A stretch of 33,987 nucleotides of DNA from Chiloscyllium plagiosum. Taxonomy: Eukaryota. Within the stretch, counting starts at the first letter, position 1; every line of letters starts with the position of its first letter. A program made the position numbers and the translations under genes. Positions 22,486 through 33,987 of this stretch are shown here, in pieces. The DNA lies in NCBI RefSeq assembly GCF_004010195.1, contig NW_025214211.1:1-33987 (forward strand), in the 5' to 3' direction. Under the pieces are notes generated by a model, which saw nothing but the letters and a program-made list of their open reading frames with translations, did no database searches and was not told the DNA's origin.

Positions 22486-24488
22486 GTAAGTAATTAAAAA
22501 TTTTAACAAAGTTTCCTTTCGACATTTTGTATGTAGTTTATGAAAGAATTTGGAAGCAACTGCATTAATAAAAGTAAACCTTTCAATGCAAATCTTTATA
22601 TAACTTGTATTTTTATTGCGCCTTTAATGTTGTAAAATATCCTGAGATGTTTTAAGGAATATTGTGACACAAAATTTAACACTGATACATGAGAGATATT
22701 CGAGCACTTGACTGAAATCTTGATCAAAAAGGTAAATTTTAAGGAACCATTTAAAGGGAGAAAGAGGATGAAAAGGGTTAGGGAAAGAATGTCAGAGCTT
22801 AGGGATTTGGCATCTGAAGCTTAGCTGTCAGCGATGGAATGATGAAAATTGGATGTGCATAGGGTACTTAGTTTGTAGAATAGCTCTACCTGCGTATGAG
22901 ACTTTTCCAAACAGTTTTCTATTTATCCTACTCTGCATACCAAAAGTACTGAGCAGGTAGACAGTTAAAATTGCCCAGGATACTTACTAGTCAAAAGGTT
23001 CTCTGCAATCCATTATGCTGAGCAGGTAGTAAGGACACTGATCCAAAACCAGTGGGTCTCCTCTTTACATGTATGTGCTAGTAATCTTAAATGCTGATTT
23101 CTTTGGCAAATGCTTCTACAACAGAATAGATACCAGGACCCCATAATGAAGAAAGCTGGGGAGAAGATCATGGAGATGAGTTGATGAAAGGCCATGAAAT
23201 AATTTGAAAACAAAGATGAGAATTCTAAAGTCTTTAAAACTATTTAACATTGAAAAGTATGAGAGGATAAATGCAGCAGAGATTTTGATGAACCCAAGTT
23301 TACATAAGGTAGAAAGTAGAAATCAACTAGGTAGAGTTGTGTTGAAACAGTCAAATATAGAGGTAACACAGACATGGATGAGAATTGCAGCATCAGATTA
23401 ACTGAGGCAATTGACAATTGAAATTGTGTGTAGTTGTCTGTATATAATTTCTGAGAGACCATATCAAAATAGAATTGTGCAGGACAGAAGGAGGTCATTG
23501 AATTCTTTGTGCCTCTGCTGGCTCTTTGAAAGAGCTCTTACAACTAGCCCTAAATCTCTATTCTTCTGTCATGACAAATGCATTGTCTGAGTTTGTTTTT
23601 GTACACTACAGCTAATTTATTTGTGCATGTATCCTTTTGAACTTCTTAACTTTGTTATATGTATTGTATCTTAAAGGGCTGATTTGAACTTAGCTTGCAT
23701 TGGATCCTCTAGGTTGCTGCATGACTTCCCAACTTCGAATCAATATCCATGAGAAACCTGAACATGTTTCATTTTCAAATATGTGTTCATTTCCCAATTA
23801 GTGGTAGTTAGAGTATCTACTTTTACCATGCTTTCAGAAAGTCTATTCCATATTATCTAAATGTCTTAGTAAAATAATTTCTCCACATTTCATTTTTTAA
23901 CTCTAGACCTTTGGTTATCACCCTTTCTGCTCTAGAGAAAACATCTCCAGCTTCTAGTTTCTCTATAAAATTGAACTGTCTTATCCCTAGTATAATTCTA
24001 ATACATTTTTGAACTCTCTCCAAGCTCTTAATATCATTGACCACGTTTACAAAAAGTGCTATATCTGGGACCTTCTGTTTATCTCTCCTCAGTTTAATAT
24101 TTCTTTAATGCTGTATAGTCTATACAGGATGTATGACTCAGAAGCAGGCAATTGGGCTCAATCAATTCATGCTGGTACTTATATTTCATTCAAGCCTCAT
24201 TCTTTCTTTGCTGATTTAGATGTACCACCGTTATCATCTTTTCCCTTTTCCCTCGTTTGCTTGTTTGGTTTCCCATCAAATGCATCTCTATATTTGCTGC
24301 TCCCCTTTGCTGTGGTAGCAGGTTCAACATTCTCATCACACAAAGCGGCTTCTTGATTACTTTGTACTGTATTGATGGACTCAATTAGAGCCTGTCTTAC
24401 AAGAGGATAATTCACACTCTAATTCTTCAAAATCTTTCATGATTTTTAAAACTTTTATTTAGCCATCCATCAAATTTCATTTTCACAA

Positions 24489-24683
24489 GATGTGGTGGAG
24501 GCTGGTACAATTGCAACATTTAAGAGGCATTTGGATGGGTATATGAATAGGAAGGGTTTGGAGGGATATGGGCCAGGTGCTGGCAGGTGGGACTAGATTG
24601 GGTTGGGATATCTGGTCGGCATGGACGGGTTGGACTGAAGGGTCTGTTTCCATGCTGTGCATCTCTATGGCTCTATGACTCTA
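24489..24683 (+). mobile_element. young CR1 3' tail
   Basis: Reverse complement of 12277-12465 with about 6 mismatches; ends CTCTATGGCTCTATGACTCTA. Confidence 0.9.
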
Positions 24684-25004
24684 AGAGACCCACCTTACCA
24701 ATCCATGCCCAATGTTCATAGCACCACATTTCTCATATCCTTGTGAAATGCCTCTGCATCCTATGCAGTGCCTCTACTCTACTTCTGGCAACTGGAGTTA
24801 AATCATCATGGTGACTTGTGCAGCTTTTAATTTTTTTGTACTTCAAATTTCCTTTGCTCCTCTATCCTACCTAGATGTGTACCTTCTAAGTAATGAGTAC
24901 CTCTATTATTCCCACCAGAATATTGTACTTCAAAGTTTGTGCGAAGATTTGTAGCTCGGGTGCTCGTTGCTGTGGTTCTGTTCGCCGAGCTGGAAGTTTT
25001 TGTT

Positions 25005-25044
25005 GCAAACGTTTCGTCCCCTGGCTAGGCGACATCATCAGTGC
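25005..25044 (-). ncRNA. minimal type-I hammerhead ribozyme motif
   Basis: GCA-CUGAUGA-U-GUCGCCU-AGCC-AGGGGAC-GAAA-CG-UU-UGC: stem I GCA/UGC, stem II 6 of 7 pairs, palindromic AAACGUUU in place of stem III. Confidence 0.75.
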
Positions 25045-25274
25045 TTGGGAGCCTCCTGCGAAGCGCTTCTTTGATGGTTCCTCCGGTGTTTATAGTGGTC
25101 TGTCCCTGCAGCTTCCGGTTGTCAGTTTCAGCTGTCCGCTGTAGTGGTTGGTATATTGGGTCCAGGTCGATGTGTTTGTTGATGGAGTTTGTGGATGAAT
25201 GCCATGCCTCTAGGAATTCCCTGGCTGTTCTCTGTCTGGCTTGCCCTATGATAGTAGTGTTGTCCCAGTCGAAT

Positions 25275-26063
25275 GACCTTTGACCGGCTTGGGGTTAGGT
25301 CCATGATCTGGTTTGATTGATTGCCATGCTCCAGTGCTCCTGTCGTCTGTCGTACATTCTGCACTGCATCTCGGAGGGCGGGGGTGGGGCGACTGCACCA
25401 CTATATTCACCTGTCTACAGATGTCGGAGAAGGATCTATCTATTCCAGACCACGAGACTCCCTCATTGCTCTTCTGAGTCTTACTTTGATCATAGAATAT
25501 CTATTTCCCATGTCAGGTGCCCCTTTTGCCGTGGTGGCTACTACTAAGTGCCAGTCACTGGCGCAGCATGGATCCCTGCATAAATCTTAATGATCGAATT
25601 TATAGTCGTCCTTGTTACTGAACGGCTATGGGTAGCATGTAAAGATCCACTTCATCCTATCAGTTAAGATAACCGTCAGCTGCTGCATCCCAGACGCCGC
25701 TGCCCTGATGAATAGTCCTACCAAGGCGCTTGCCAACAGTGTGAACTGAGGCAGCCCCACATTTGCTTAAGTCATCTAATAAATACTTGCTCTAAATTGG
25801 TTTTGGTGTGGTGCAATGTCTCCTCAGTCCCAGCTGCAAGTTTATCCACGTGGCTGTACCGGCGATCTTAACAGCTATCTGTGCTGTAAGGCGTCCTTGT
25901 CACGGTCCCAGGCTCCTCTTTGCCTTCCTGTTTTCCCTCCTGAACTCTTTCGCCACTATTCAGGCTCCAGTTTATAGATCGTACATCTCCCCTTCTGCTG
26001 ATTGGGGTAGTTCTGTCTTCACTTGATTCTGTATTTGGGACAGAAGTGTAGAGAGTTTCATGC
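25275..26063 (-). pseudogene. decayed endogenous retrovirus fragment (ERV1/epsilon-like integrase C-terminus plus probable env start)
   Basis: 26061-25792 reads MKLSTLLSQIQNQVKTELPQSAEGEMYDL*TGA*IVAKEFRRENRKAKRSLGP*QGRLTAQIAVKIAGTATWI, matching the QVK-ALP / PGDWxVxKxFRR / WxGPxQVLLTTxTAVKVA-xTWI pattern. A hydrophobic FTLLASALVGLFIRA follows in another frame (env assignment weaker). Confidence 0.7.
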
Positions 26064-26709
26064 ATGTCCAAGAATTCCTGTGTTGATTGTATAGAGTGTT
26101 TGGATTCGCTGACCAGGTGTTTCAGTTTCTGTTGTAGTTCTTTGGCCACTTTGTATGATGGTGTCCCTGGCAGTAATACTATGGGTCTGAGTGGGATGTC
26201 TGGTTTGTGTACTTTAGGTAATCCATAGAATCTGGGGGTGTTGTTGCTTTCCGGTTTCATTCTTTGTAGGTCAGCTCTGGTTATCTGTCCGTATTTTTGT
26301 AGATTCCTTAGTGTGTTATTTATCCTATTGGTGAGCTGTGGGGTGGGGTCAAACTCCCTCTTTCAACAACCAGATATATTGAACCACAGCAATATTGTCC
26401 TTCACATATCAATGCTGAATTTCATTTGCTATTTTTCCACTCTGCAAACTTATTTAATGTCCTCCTCAGTATTTGCTATCCTTCCTCAATTTGGTGTCCT
26501 CTCCAAATTAAAAAAATTGTGGTGTTTGATTCCAAAGTACCAATTTTTAATATAAATTGTTAACGGTAGTGGTCCAAATACTCTTCCTTGTGGAATGCTA
26601 CTTCCCACCTTAAGCCACTTCGGATAAAGTACTGGTCTGTTCTTATATGCTGATAATGCTTGTTACTGTCTACTAGATACTAAGTAAATTATTTTTTTAC
26701 TTTTTTCAG

Positions 26710-26789
26710 ATAAACAAAATTAGTGGTGCTGCAGTTTCCACCAGAGGCCGTTATATGAATGCCGATGAGAAGCAAATAGCAGCACAAGG
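26710..26789 (+). CDS. KHDC4: KHDC4 coding exon 4
   Basis: Acceptor TTTTTTCAG| and donor GG|GTAATT. 80 nt: [27 protein letters not shown] (human [27 protein letters not shown]). Confidence 0.95.
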
Positions 26790-27699
26790 GTAATTGCATT
26801 TTCTAGTTTATTTGAGCATTGTGCTTCAGGGCCTAATAGGTTTTCCATATTGAGTTGACCATTGTGTTTTAATTAAAAACAATTACACATTAATGATTTA
26901 ATTTCTCTTAACATAAAAATGGAAAAACAAAAGGAGTACATCATTTTTGGGGTTAAGAAATCTTTTTGGTAGCAGGAAATTGGAAGCTGTCATTTTATTT
27001 CACCTCTGCCTTTCAATTTGTATGAATGTGTGTGGGTAAATGTTGCCAGAGCATCCACTGGAGAAATAGCTCATTAAATTATGCATTCCATTGAGAACAT
27101 TACCTCTATTTTGATACAGAAAAGGCTGGAGATCAGAATTGTTTAGAATAAGCTGCCCTTCACTGTTATGCAATTTAAAAAGTTCTGGAATTGTGATTAT
27201 GAAAATTGCTATTTGAAAAGTAATCTTTCTTGGTATGGATGAGAGTGGGGTTATAAGTTGCACAAATGAATTTACATGGAATCATAATGCAGGAAGATGG
27301 TAGAATAGGAATATTGTGGTAGTAGGAGGCGGTGTTGTCTAGGGATATTCTGTCCTTTGCAGTCGAAAGTGAGAGTCCAGAAGGCTGAATTGAGTGGTGC
27401 CAGGATTTGGGATATCTGTTCTTGGATGAAGAAGAGCTAGCAGCGGGAGTGGGAAAATTTAGTTGTTGTAGCATACATATCCATGTTATTGATAAGACAA
27501 AGAAATAGATTCTGCTTTGGAACTCTGAACAACTAAATGATATATTAAAAAAGAAAAAATCCAAGTTAATGATCTCTGGATTATTACAAGATAGCAAACA
27601 AGGTAGATGAAGGCAAACCTGGAGATGTTATGTAATTCAATTTCAAAAGACCTGATGAAATATCACCTTAAAGATTGCAATGTAAGAGCATGAGGTAAG

Positions 27700-29270
27700 G
27701 TCATAAGAGATAGTTACAGGAACAGGCCATTTAACCCCTTGAGCCTGCTTTGCCATTTAATAGGATCATGGCCAATCAGATATTCCTGTCTTCTATTTCC
27801 TGCCTTTTCTCTGTAGTCTTTAATTCCCCATCTGTTCAAGGATCTGTGTATCTCAGCCTTAAGAATATACAATGACTATGGCCCTACAGCTCTGTGAGGC
27901 AAACAGTTTCAAAGGCACTCAACCCTCTGAGAGCAGAAATTCCTTCTCTTCTCAGTCTTAAATTTGATGCCCTGTTATTCTGAGACCTCTGTCCTAGTCT
28001 CTCTCATGATCCTGTCAGTCCCCTTAAGAATATTGTATCTTTCAATGAGATCACCTCTCATTCTTTTACGGTCCAGTGAGTAGAGTCACAATCTACTTAG
28101 TCTTGCTTACAAGACAATCCCTCCAGACTAAGGATCATCCTAGTGAATTTTTTCTGAGCTGTCTCCAATGAAATGTTATCTTTCTTTAAATAAGGGACCC
28201 AATACTCCTTTCAATGCTGCACATGTGGATTCACCAACACCTTGTACAGTTGCAGTAAGATTTCCTTCCTCTTATCCTCCAATCCTTTGAATTAAGGGTC
28301 AACATTTCATAGCCTTTCTGATTAACTGCTGCAGCTTTATGTTAGCTTTCTATGTTTTGTGTACAAGTAGCCCCAAAGACCCTTTGTGTTGCAAGACCTG
28401 TTTTTTCCAGTTAAATGTTATTGTTATTTTGTTCTCCCTTCCATGATGAACATCTTCCCATTTTCCCACATTATATTCCATTTGCCAACGTTTTGCCCAC
28501 TTACTTAACCTATCAATGTCTCTCTGTAAACTGTTGGTATCCCTCTTACAACCTGCCTTTCCACCTATTTTCGTCTGATCTGCAAATTTGGCTACAATAC
28601 ATTCACTTTATTTCTCCAAGTCATTAATACATGTTGTAAATAGTTGTGGTCCCAGCAGTGTTGCCTATGAAACTCCACTGGTCAGGGGTCACCAACCTGA
28701 AAAAGTAATCCTTATCCCCACTTGCTGTTTCCTGTCCATGAACCAATTCTCTATTCATGCCAACACCATGGACTCTTATGACTTAACCTTTTGCGAGGCA
28801 CATTGTTGAACTCCTTCTGAAAGCCCAAATACAATACATCTACTGGTTCTTGTCTATTGATTGATACCTCTTTGAAAATATCTAATAAATTAGAAAGACA
28901 TGATTTCCCTTTCAGGAAGCCATGCTGATGCTGCTTGATTAGATTACAATTTTCCAAATATCTTGCTGTTACTTCCTTAATAGTCAATTCCAGTACTTTT
29001 CCAACAATGGAAGTTAGGCTACTGCTCTTTGCTTTCCTCCCTTTTTGAATTTGGGTGGGGGGGAGGTTGGCATTAACACTTTTTCAAACTTCGTGTACTT
29101 CTCCAGAATCCAATGGATTTTGGAAAATTACAACTAATTCATCCACTATCTCTGCCATTGCCCCATTTAGGATCCAAAGATACAAATCATCAGGGCCAGT
29201 GGACCTTATTTAACCCCATTAATTCCTCTAATACTACTTCTCTAGTGATGATGGTATTTAATTCCTTCCT
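27700..29270 (-). mobile_element. decayed CR1 LINE (RT to 3' end)
   Basis: QHGFLKGKSCLSNLLDIF...VDVLYLGFQKEFNNVP in ORF 28751-28987; CR1-type 3' UTR at about 27700-27800. Confidence 0.75.
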
Positions 29271-29385
29271 AGTTTTCGCCTGAGGTCTGTTGGCCCTCAG
29301 GTTACATAACCGGTCGCTTCTCTTTCATGAGAGAAGCCCCTACGGCCTAGAAAGACGATGGCGACACAACAAATTTTCTTTAGTA

Positions 29386-30317
29386 TGTTATAAAGTGGAA
29401 AGTTCTCCCTTGACAACAAAAACTAAGATACCCAAAGAGGAGCACCTTGCTCTATAATCTGTAAAAGAAGTGTAAAAAGTGGTGTAACCTGCTTTTCAGA
29501 AACGTCTAGTGGTTAAGTAAAATAAATCCCTGACATTCACTTTAAACAAATTGTTACTTGATGATTTTATCGAACTCTTAACAGTGAATAAATTAACTAA
29601 ACTATTAACAATCGAGTAAAACCCTTCTCACTATTAATGATTAAGCAAGACTCTAATGGTATGCTGTTCCAATAAATATGTCCCACTCATAAAAAATAGA
29701 ATTTAGTCTTCCGAAATTACAGTCAGGTTGTGTATCTTCTGAAAGGTTCTGTGTATTCTCTGTCAATTCTTCTATAAGGAATGCCTTCTCCGTAAGTGGT
29801 GCCATTGTTATTTAGATGGTCCTTTCTCTAAGACATAGATAAGGTTGTAAGAGCCAGCAATTCTTGCTCTTGAGAGCTGAGGGCCATTAACGCTGGCCGA
29901 TGGCAGCTTGCTCTGGGGCCTTTGTAAAACTGCCCCCATCTTTTATCCTTGATGACATTAATACTACTTACAATGGGATTAGTCAAAACCATCAGATTTA
30001 AATTTAATAGGTATTTTTGGTATCTAAGTATGTGTTACAAATTGATTGGCTAAATACAAAACATTGTTGTTTTGGTAAAAACTGCTGCCTGGTTTGCCAG
30101 TTGTATGGCCTTTTGATATAGATGTTTCAGTTCGGTTGCTCTAAGTGTACTTGCAAACTTTCAAGCTGCTGCTCGCAGACGTCCATTTTAAATTTCTAAG
30201 TACAGCAAAAACACATGATCCTTTAAAGGGACCACACAATGCCTTCCCCATTTTACAAACACCAAAGTCTAATCTCCTGCCTCCCAACCTACAATTACTC
30301 TACCCAACTTCACAACA
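29386..30317. mobile_element. solo LTR (about 930 bp)
   Basis: Termini TGTTA...CAACA with near-TSD AGTA/AGTT. It sits between two CR1 relics. Confidence 0.55.
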
Positions 30318-30329
30318 AGTTAAAAATAG

Positions 30330-31500
30330 AATGTTCAAAGTATCTTTCACAGGGAAGACTGATGCGTAATATCTGTTTAACTCCTCAGCCATTTCCTTTA
30401 CTATCTTGCCCAATTTTCTGAGGGGCTTGTTGTTTACTTCGATTTCTCCCTTCCTTTCTATAATTTAAGAAAAAATCTCTTGCCAGCTTTTATGTTCTTC
30501 CGCTAGTTTGCCTTGTTTATTTTCTCTGTTTTTATTATCTTTTTAATCTTCCTTTGCTGGATTTTAAATTTTTACTGATCTTGGGAGCTATCACTGTCAT
30601 TTGCCTCCTTATATGCGTTCTCTTTCAATTTAATGCTCTCCTTAACTTCCTTTGTTATGCATGTTTTTTTTTGTCCCCTCTTTTAGAATCTTTCCTCTTT
30701 ATTGGGAGGATGAATGAGAATCATGATTTACTTCTTTAAGTGTCTGACTATGCTAGCTCATGTCATTCATGCTAATCCATCTGCTCTGTTTACTTTAGCT
30801 AACTCTATCATTATTTCATTGTAATTCCCTTAAAGTCTGTGACCAAAATTTTTCATTTCCAAACTAAATATTAATGATCATTACTTTGAAGGGGATCTTT
30901 TACTCTGAGGTCATTTATTAAAACTACCTCATACCAATTGCAAGATCGGCTCCATGACCTATTGCTCGAGGACACTGTACATAATGCACTGTACATAATG
31001 CACTATATGAATTTGTTGTCATAGCTACCCTCTCCAATTTGATTAACCCAATCAACATGAGGATTAAAGTCACGCGAAGTATTACTCTGTTCATTTTACG
31101 TATTATTTTTTGATTTATAATCTTTCCCATGGAGTGGCTATCATTTTGGGGTGTGTACTACTTTCCTTTGCTGATTTTTACTTCCACCCACATGGATGCT
31201 ACATCATCCGAGCCCTGTATCATCTCTCTCAACTGTCTTAATTTCTTATTAACAGTGCTATCCCACCTTTTCCATCCTTCCTGTCTTTTCAAAAGGTCGA
31301 ATATCCCTGAATCTGAAGTTCCCTGTTTTGATTTCTTTGTAACTATGATTCAGTAATGGCTGTGCAATCATAGTCATTTCCAACTGCTTCATGGGTTAAG
31401 ATACTTAGCCTTTAAGCTTATTCTGTTGTTCAGTTTCCCTACACTTTTATGGTTCCTTGGTACGATATGTCATGCACATATTTTGACCCTTCCTTTTAGT
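30330..31500 (-). mobile_element. decayed CR1 ORF2 relic (endonuclease-linker region)
   Basis: Frameshifted GDFNPHVDWVNQIG-like motif near 31070-31030; continuation of the CR1 left of the LTR. Confidence 0.5.
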
Positions 31501-31829
31501 TTCTGGTAACAATCAAAACGATCACTAATCTGCAGCCCTTCCTTCTCCTTGATGTAGGACAGGGTTCAAAAATTGTGGATTATGAACCCCTTAAAGGTGT
31601 CCCTTTTAACTTGTGCAATTCTTTTAACAGTGGGTGTGATCTTACTGCCTTATCTTGTAGGCCTGAATCTCATCCTTTCAAACAAACCTTGTGAATAAAC
31701 AATTCTCCCTCATGCCACTCTTGGTACCACATTCTCAAGGATTTTGCATCTCATGAATTCTGACCCACCAAATAAGGTCATGATTGGAATAGTCTTGGCA
31801 AACGATGATAGTAGCAGCTAACATATTCA

Positions 31830-32730
31830 TGTGAATAAAGAGTTGGAAAACTGCAACTAATGGAGTGCTACAGGGATCATTCCTGAGCTGCAACTGTTTT
31901 CAGTTTGGATCAATGACTTAGATGAAGAGAATAAACCTGTGCTAGCTAATGTCACCAAAGGTAAGTGGGAAAGGAAATTTTCAGTAGGGAGTAAAAAGTC
32001 TGCAAAGGAACAAATGTACATTAAATGAGTGGCAAAAATTTGACACATGTCCATTGTGACCGGAAGAATAGAAAAGCTGAATACAATTTAAATGGAAAAA
32101 GATGTACTCTCGTGCAAAAGGAAGTGTTTATAAAGGCAAATAAATATTGGGGTGTAATGTAAGGGGAATGGAGTTTTCAACATAAACTTTTACTGCAACT
32201 GTAAAGATGTTAGGTTGTATCTGGAGTACTGCATACAGTTTTAATCTCATTTGAAATAAGATGTGTTTGGGCAGTTAAAGATTCACTCAACTCATTCCTG
32301 GGATTAATGGCTTATGAAGAAAGATTAAACATATTGAGTCTGCATCTACTGGAATTTAGAAAACTGAAGGATGATCTTAACGAAGTATATAAGTTCCTGA
32401 GGGGAACTGATAAGGTGGATATTAGGAGGACATTTCTTATGGGAGACCTGAACAGGTGGGGACCATTTTAGGCTTGTGAAGTCTCCCTTTTAAGATAGAT
32501 GTGTTTTTTTTTAACCTCAGATTGATGATACTTTGTGAAATTCTTTCTCTAAGAAAGCAGTAGCTGGGTCATTAAATTTATTCAAGGCTGTGTTGGATGG
32601 ATTTTTGATAGATTGGGAATTTGAGATTATAGGGGACAGACAGGAAGGGAGTTTTGAAAACAGCCAGATCAGCCATAATTTTATGGCCGAGCAGCTCAGA
32701 GGGCGGGGATGGTCTAGGCCTATGCTAAGG
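31830..32730 (+). mobile_element. decayed CR1 RT C-terminus and 3' UTR
   Basis: NGVLQGS, INDLDE, LEYCIQF and LEFRKLKDDL remnants. Confidence 0.65.
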
Positions 32731-32774
32731 TGCTAATCCATTTTTTTTAATTGTGCTTTTTCATTTTTTATAAA

Positions 32775-33042
32775 AGGTTTAGGGTGAGAGGGGAAAGATT
32801 TAAAAGGGATCTAAGGAGCAACGTTTTCATGCAGAGGGTGTACATGTATGGAATAAGCTGCCAGAGCGAGGCTGGTACAGTTACAACTTGTAAAATACAT
32901 CTGACTTGATATATGAAGAAGAAATGATTAGAGGGATATGGGCCAAATCATAGCATCTAGGACTAGATTAATTTAGGATATCTGGACAGCAAGGACGAGT
33001 TGAACCGAAAGGACTGTTTCCATGACTACAGCTTTATGACTG
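32775..33042 (+). mobile_element. CR1 3' tail (diverged member of the 12277/24489 family)
   Basis: AGGTTTAGGGTGAGAGGGGAAAGATTTAAAAGGGATCTAAGG...GTTTCCATG...CTTTATGACT. Confidence 0.75.
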
Positions 33043-33119
33043 TGTGAGGTGCAATCCGCACTTTCTCCCTGTATGAGATGTAGACCAGCAAATGTTGTTC
33101 ATATTGATGAGCTAATAAT

Positions 33120-33410
33120 GAGAGGACCTGGTGGCGTAGTGGTATGTCACTGGACTGGTAATCCAGAACCACAAACTAATGTTTTGGGGACATGGGTTCT
33201 AATTCACTGAAAAGCTAGTCTCATGATGACCTTGTAACCATTGTTGTAAGAAGACATTTAGTTCACTGATATCCTTTCAGAAAGGAAATCTGCCATCCTT
33301 ATGGTCTTGTCTACATGACTCCACACCCTCAGCAGTATATAAAATTGACTATTGGGTCTGGGCAATAAATGCAGACTGAGCAGAGATACCCACATCCCAG
33401 GAAGAGATTT
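33120..33410 (+). mobile_element. tRNA-derived shark SINE (same family as 220-552)
   Basis: A-box GTGGCGTAGTGG, GGGTTCTAATTC, and tail GGGCAATAAATGC...CCCACATCCCA. Confidence 0.65.
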
Positions 33411-33792
33411 TTTTTAAAAATTTGCTCTTGAGATGATGTACCTTTCTTGAACCATTGCAGTCCATGTAGTGTAGATACTTCCACAATTCTGTTAAAAAGG
33501 AAAGCTCGGGCTTTGCATCAAATGGCAGTGAGGGAATGGCGTCTATTAGTTCGCAATCATTTTCATGCATGATTCGAAGAGGAGCTTACAACTCAAGAGT
33601 TCCCATACATCTACTGACTTTGTCCGTCTAGGTGGTAGAGGTCATGGGTTTGTTTGAAGAAGGCTAAGCAAGATGGTTTTTTTTATTCTTTCAAGGGATC
33701 TGAGCATCTATTACCGATTCTCAAATTATCCCTGACTGAGTGGCTTGTTAAGTTATTTCCGAGAGTAGTTAAGAATCAATCACATTGATTCG

Positions 33793-33987
33793 GCTGCAGA
33801 AAGGCAGTTCGAGGGGGATCTGCCTTTGGAGGTAGAATGGGCTGAAGTCAGAAATAGGAAAGGAGCAGTCACCTTGTTGGGTGTTTACTATAGGCCCCCA
33901 ATTAGCAGCAGAGATGTGGAGAAACAGATTGGGAAACAGATTTTGGAAAGGTGCAGAAGCCACAAGGTAGTAGTCATGGGCGATTTC
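33793..33987 (+). mobile_element. CR1 ORF2 apurinic-type endonuclease, 5'-truncated, runs off the window
   Basis: Open frame ...WAEVRNRKGAVTLLGVYYRPPISSRDVE...VVVMGDF. Confidence 0.85.

Larger units (their letters stand above)
24931..26362 (-). mobile_element. Penelope-like element (RT N-part 26064-26362; GIY-YIG C-part and terminus 24931-25274) with its interior replaced by foreign sequence
   Basis: PRFYGLPKVHKPDIPLRPIV...IQSTQEFLD (PLE RT). FDWDNTTIIGQARQRTAREFLEAWHS...STDDVA* is an open frame at 25273-25025. Hammerhead core at 25005-25044. Confidence 0.9.

Noticed and set aside
22862..23140. Segment with inverted TCTACCTGC/GCAGGTAGA and a repeated CTGAGCAGGTAG, possible H/ACA RNA or MITE
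   Set aside because: No clear H and ACA boxes, terminal repeats or TSD could be assigned.
25915..25985. TIYKL...GKTGRQ resembling a GIY-YIG motif in another minus frame
   Set aside because: It contains a stop, lacks the YIG residues, and overlaps the much longer integrase-like match, so it is probably chance.
25868..26260. Penelope RT-integrase fusion protein
   Set aside because: The ORF crosses the junction in a frame different from the integrase frame and stops shortly after.
11301..33987. Intronic sno/scaRNAs (as I recall, human KHDC4 hosts SCARNA4 and SNORA80E)
   Set aside because: No convincing match by eye in introns 1-4. An Infernal/Rfam scan would be needed, and they may lie downstream of the window.
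26790..33987. KHDC4 exon 5 (expected DRPLYLHVQG)
   Set aside because: Not found by eye; presumably beyond the window end.

Overview
Vertebrate genomic DNA, very likely a shark (Chondrichthyes), judged from HE1-type V-SINEs and shark-type CR1, Penelope-like and Tx1/L1 elements. The one host gene is the 5' part of KHDC4 (KIAA0907/BLOM7, a KH-domain splicing factor) on the + strand. Coding exons 1-4 are at 11272-11300, 18266-18521, 22360-22485 and 26710-26789, and the gene continues beyond the window. The rest is a layered field of retroelements. The most notable observations are: (1) a head-to-tail array of about 15 units, mostly 38 bp apart, ending just upstream of the KHDC4 start, each unit carrying a co-oriented CTCF-type motif (CCACTAGATGGCGC on the minus strand) plus a GGAGGGGAGG tract; (2) a young-looking Penelope-like element whose interior is replaced by a decayed endogenous retrovirus integrase/env-junction fragment; (3) four minimal hammerhead-ribozyme motifs from different Penelope-type repeats, one in a 95-bp insertion with an 11-bp target-site duplication; (4) near-identical inverted CR1 tails bracketing exons 2-3. 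Family assignments are from recognition by eye, not database searches, and old repeat boundaries are approximate.
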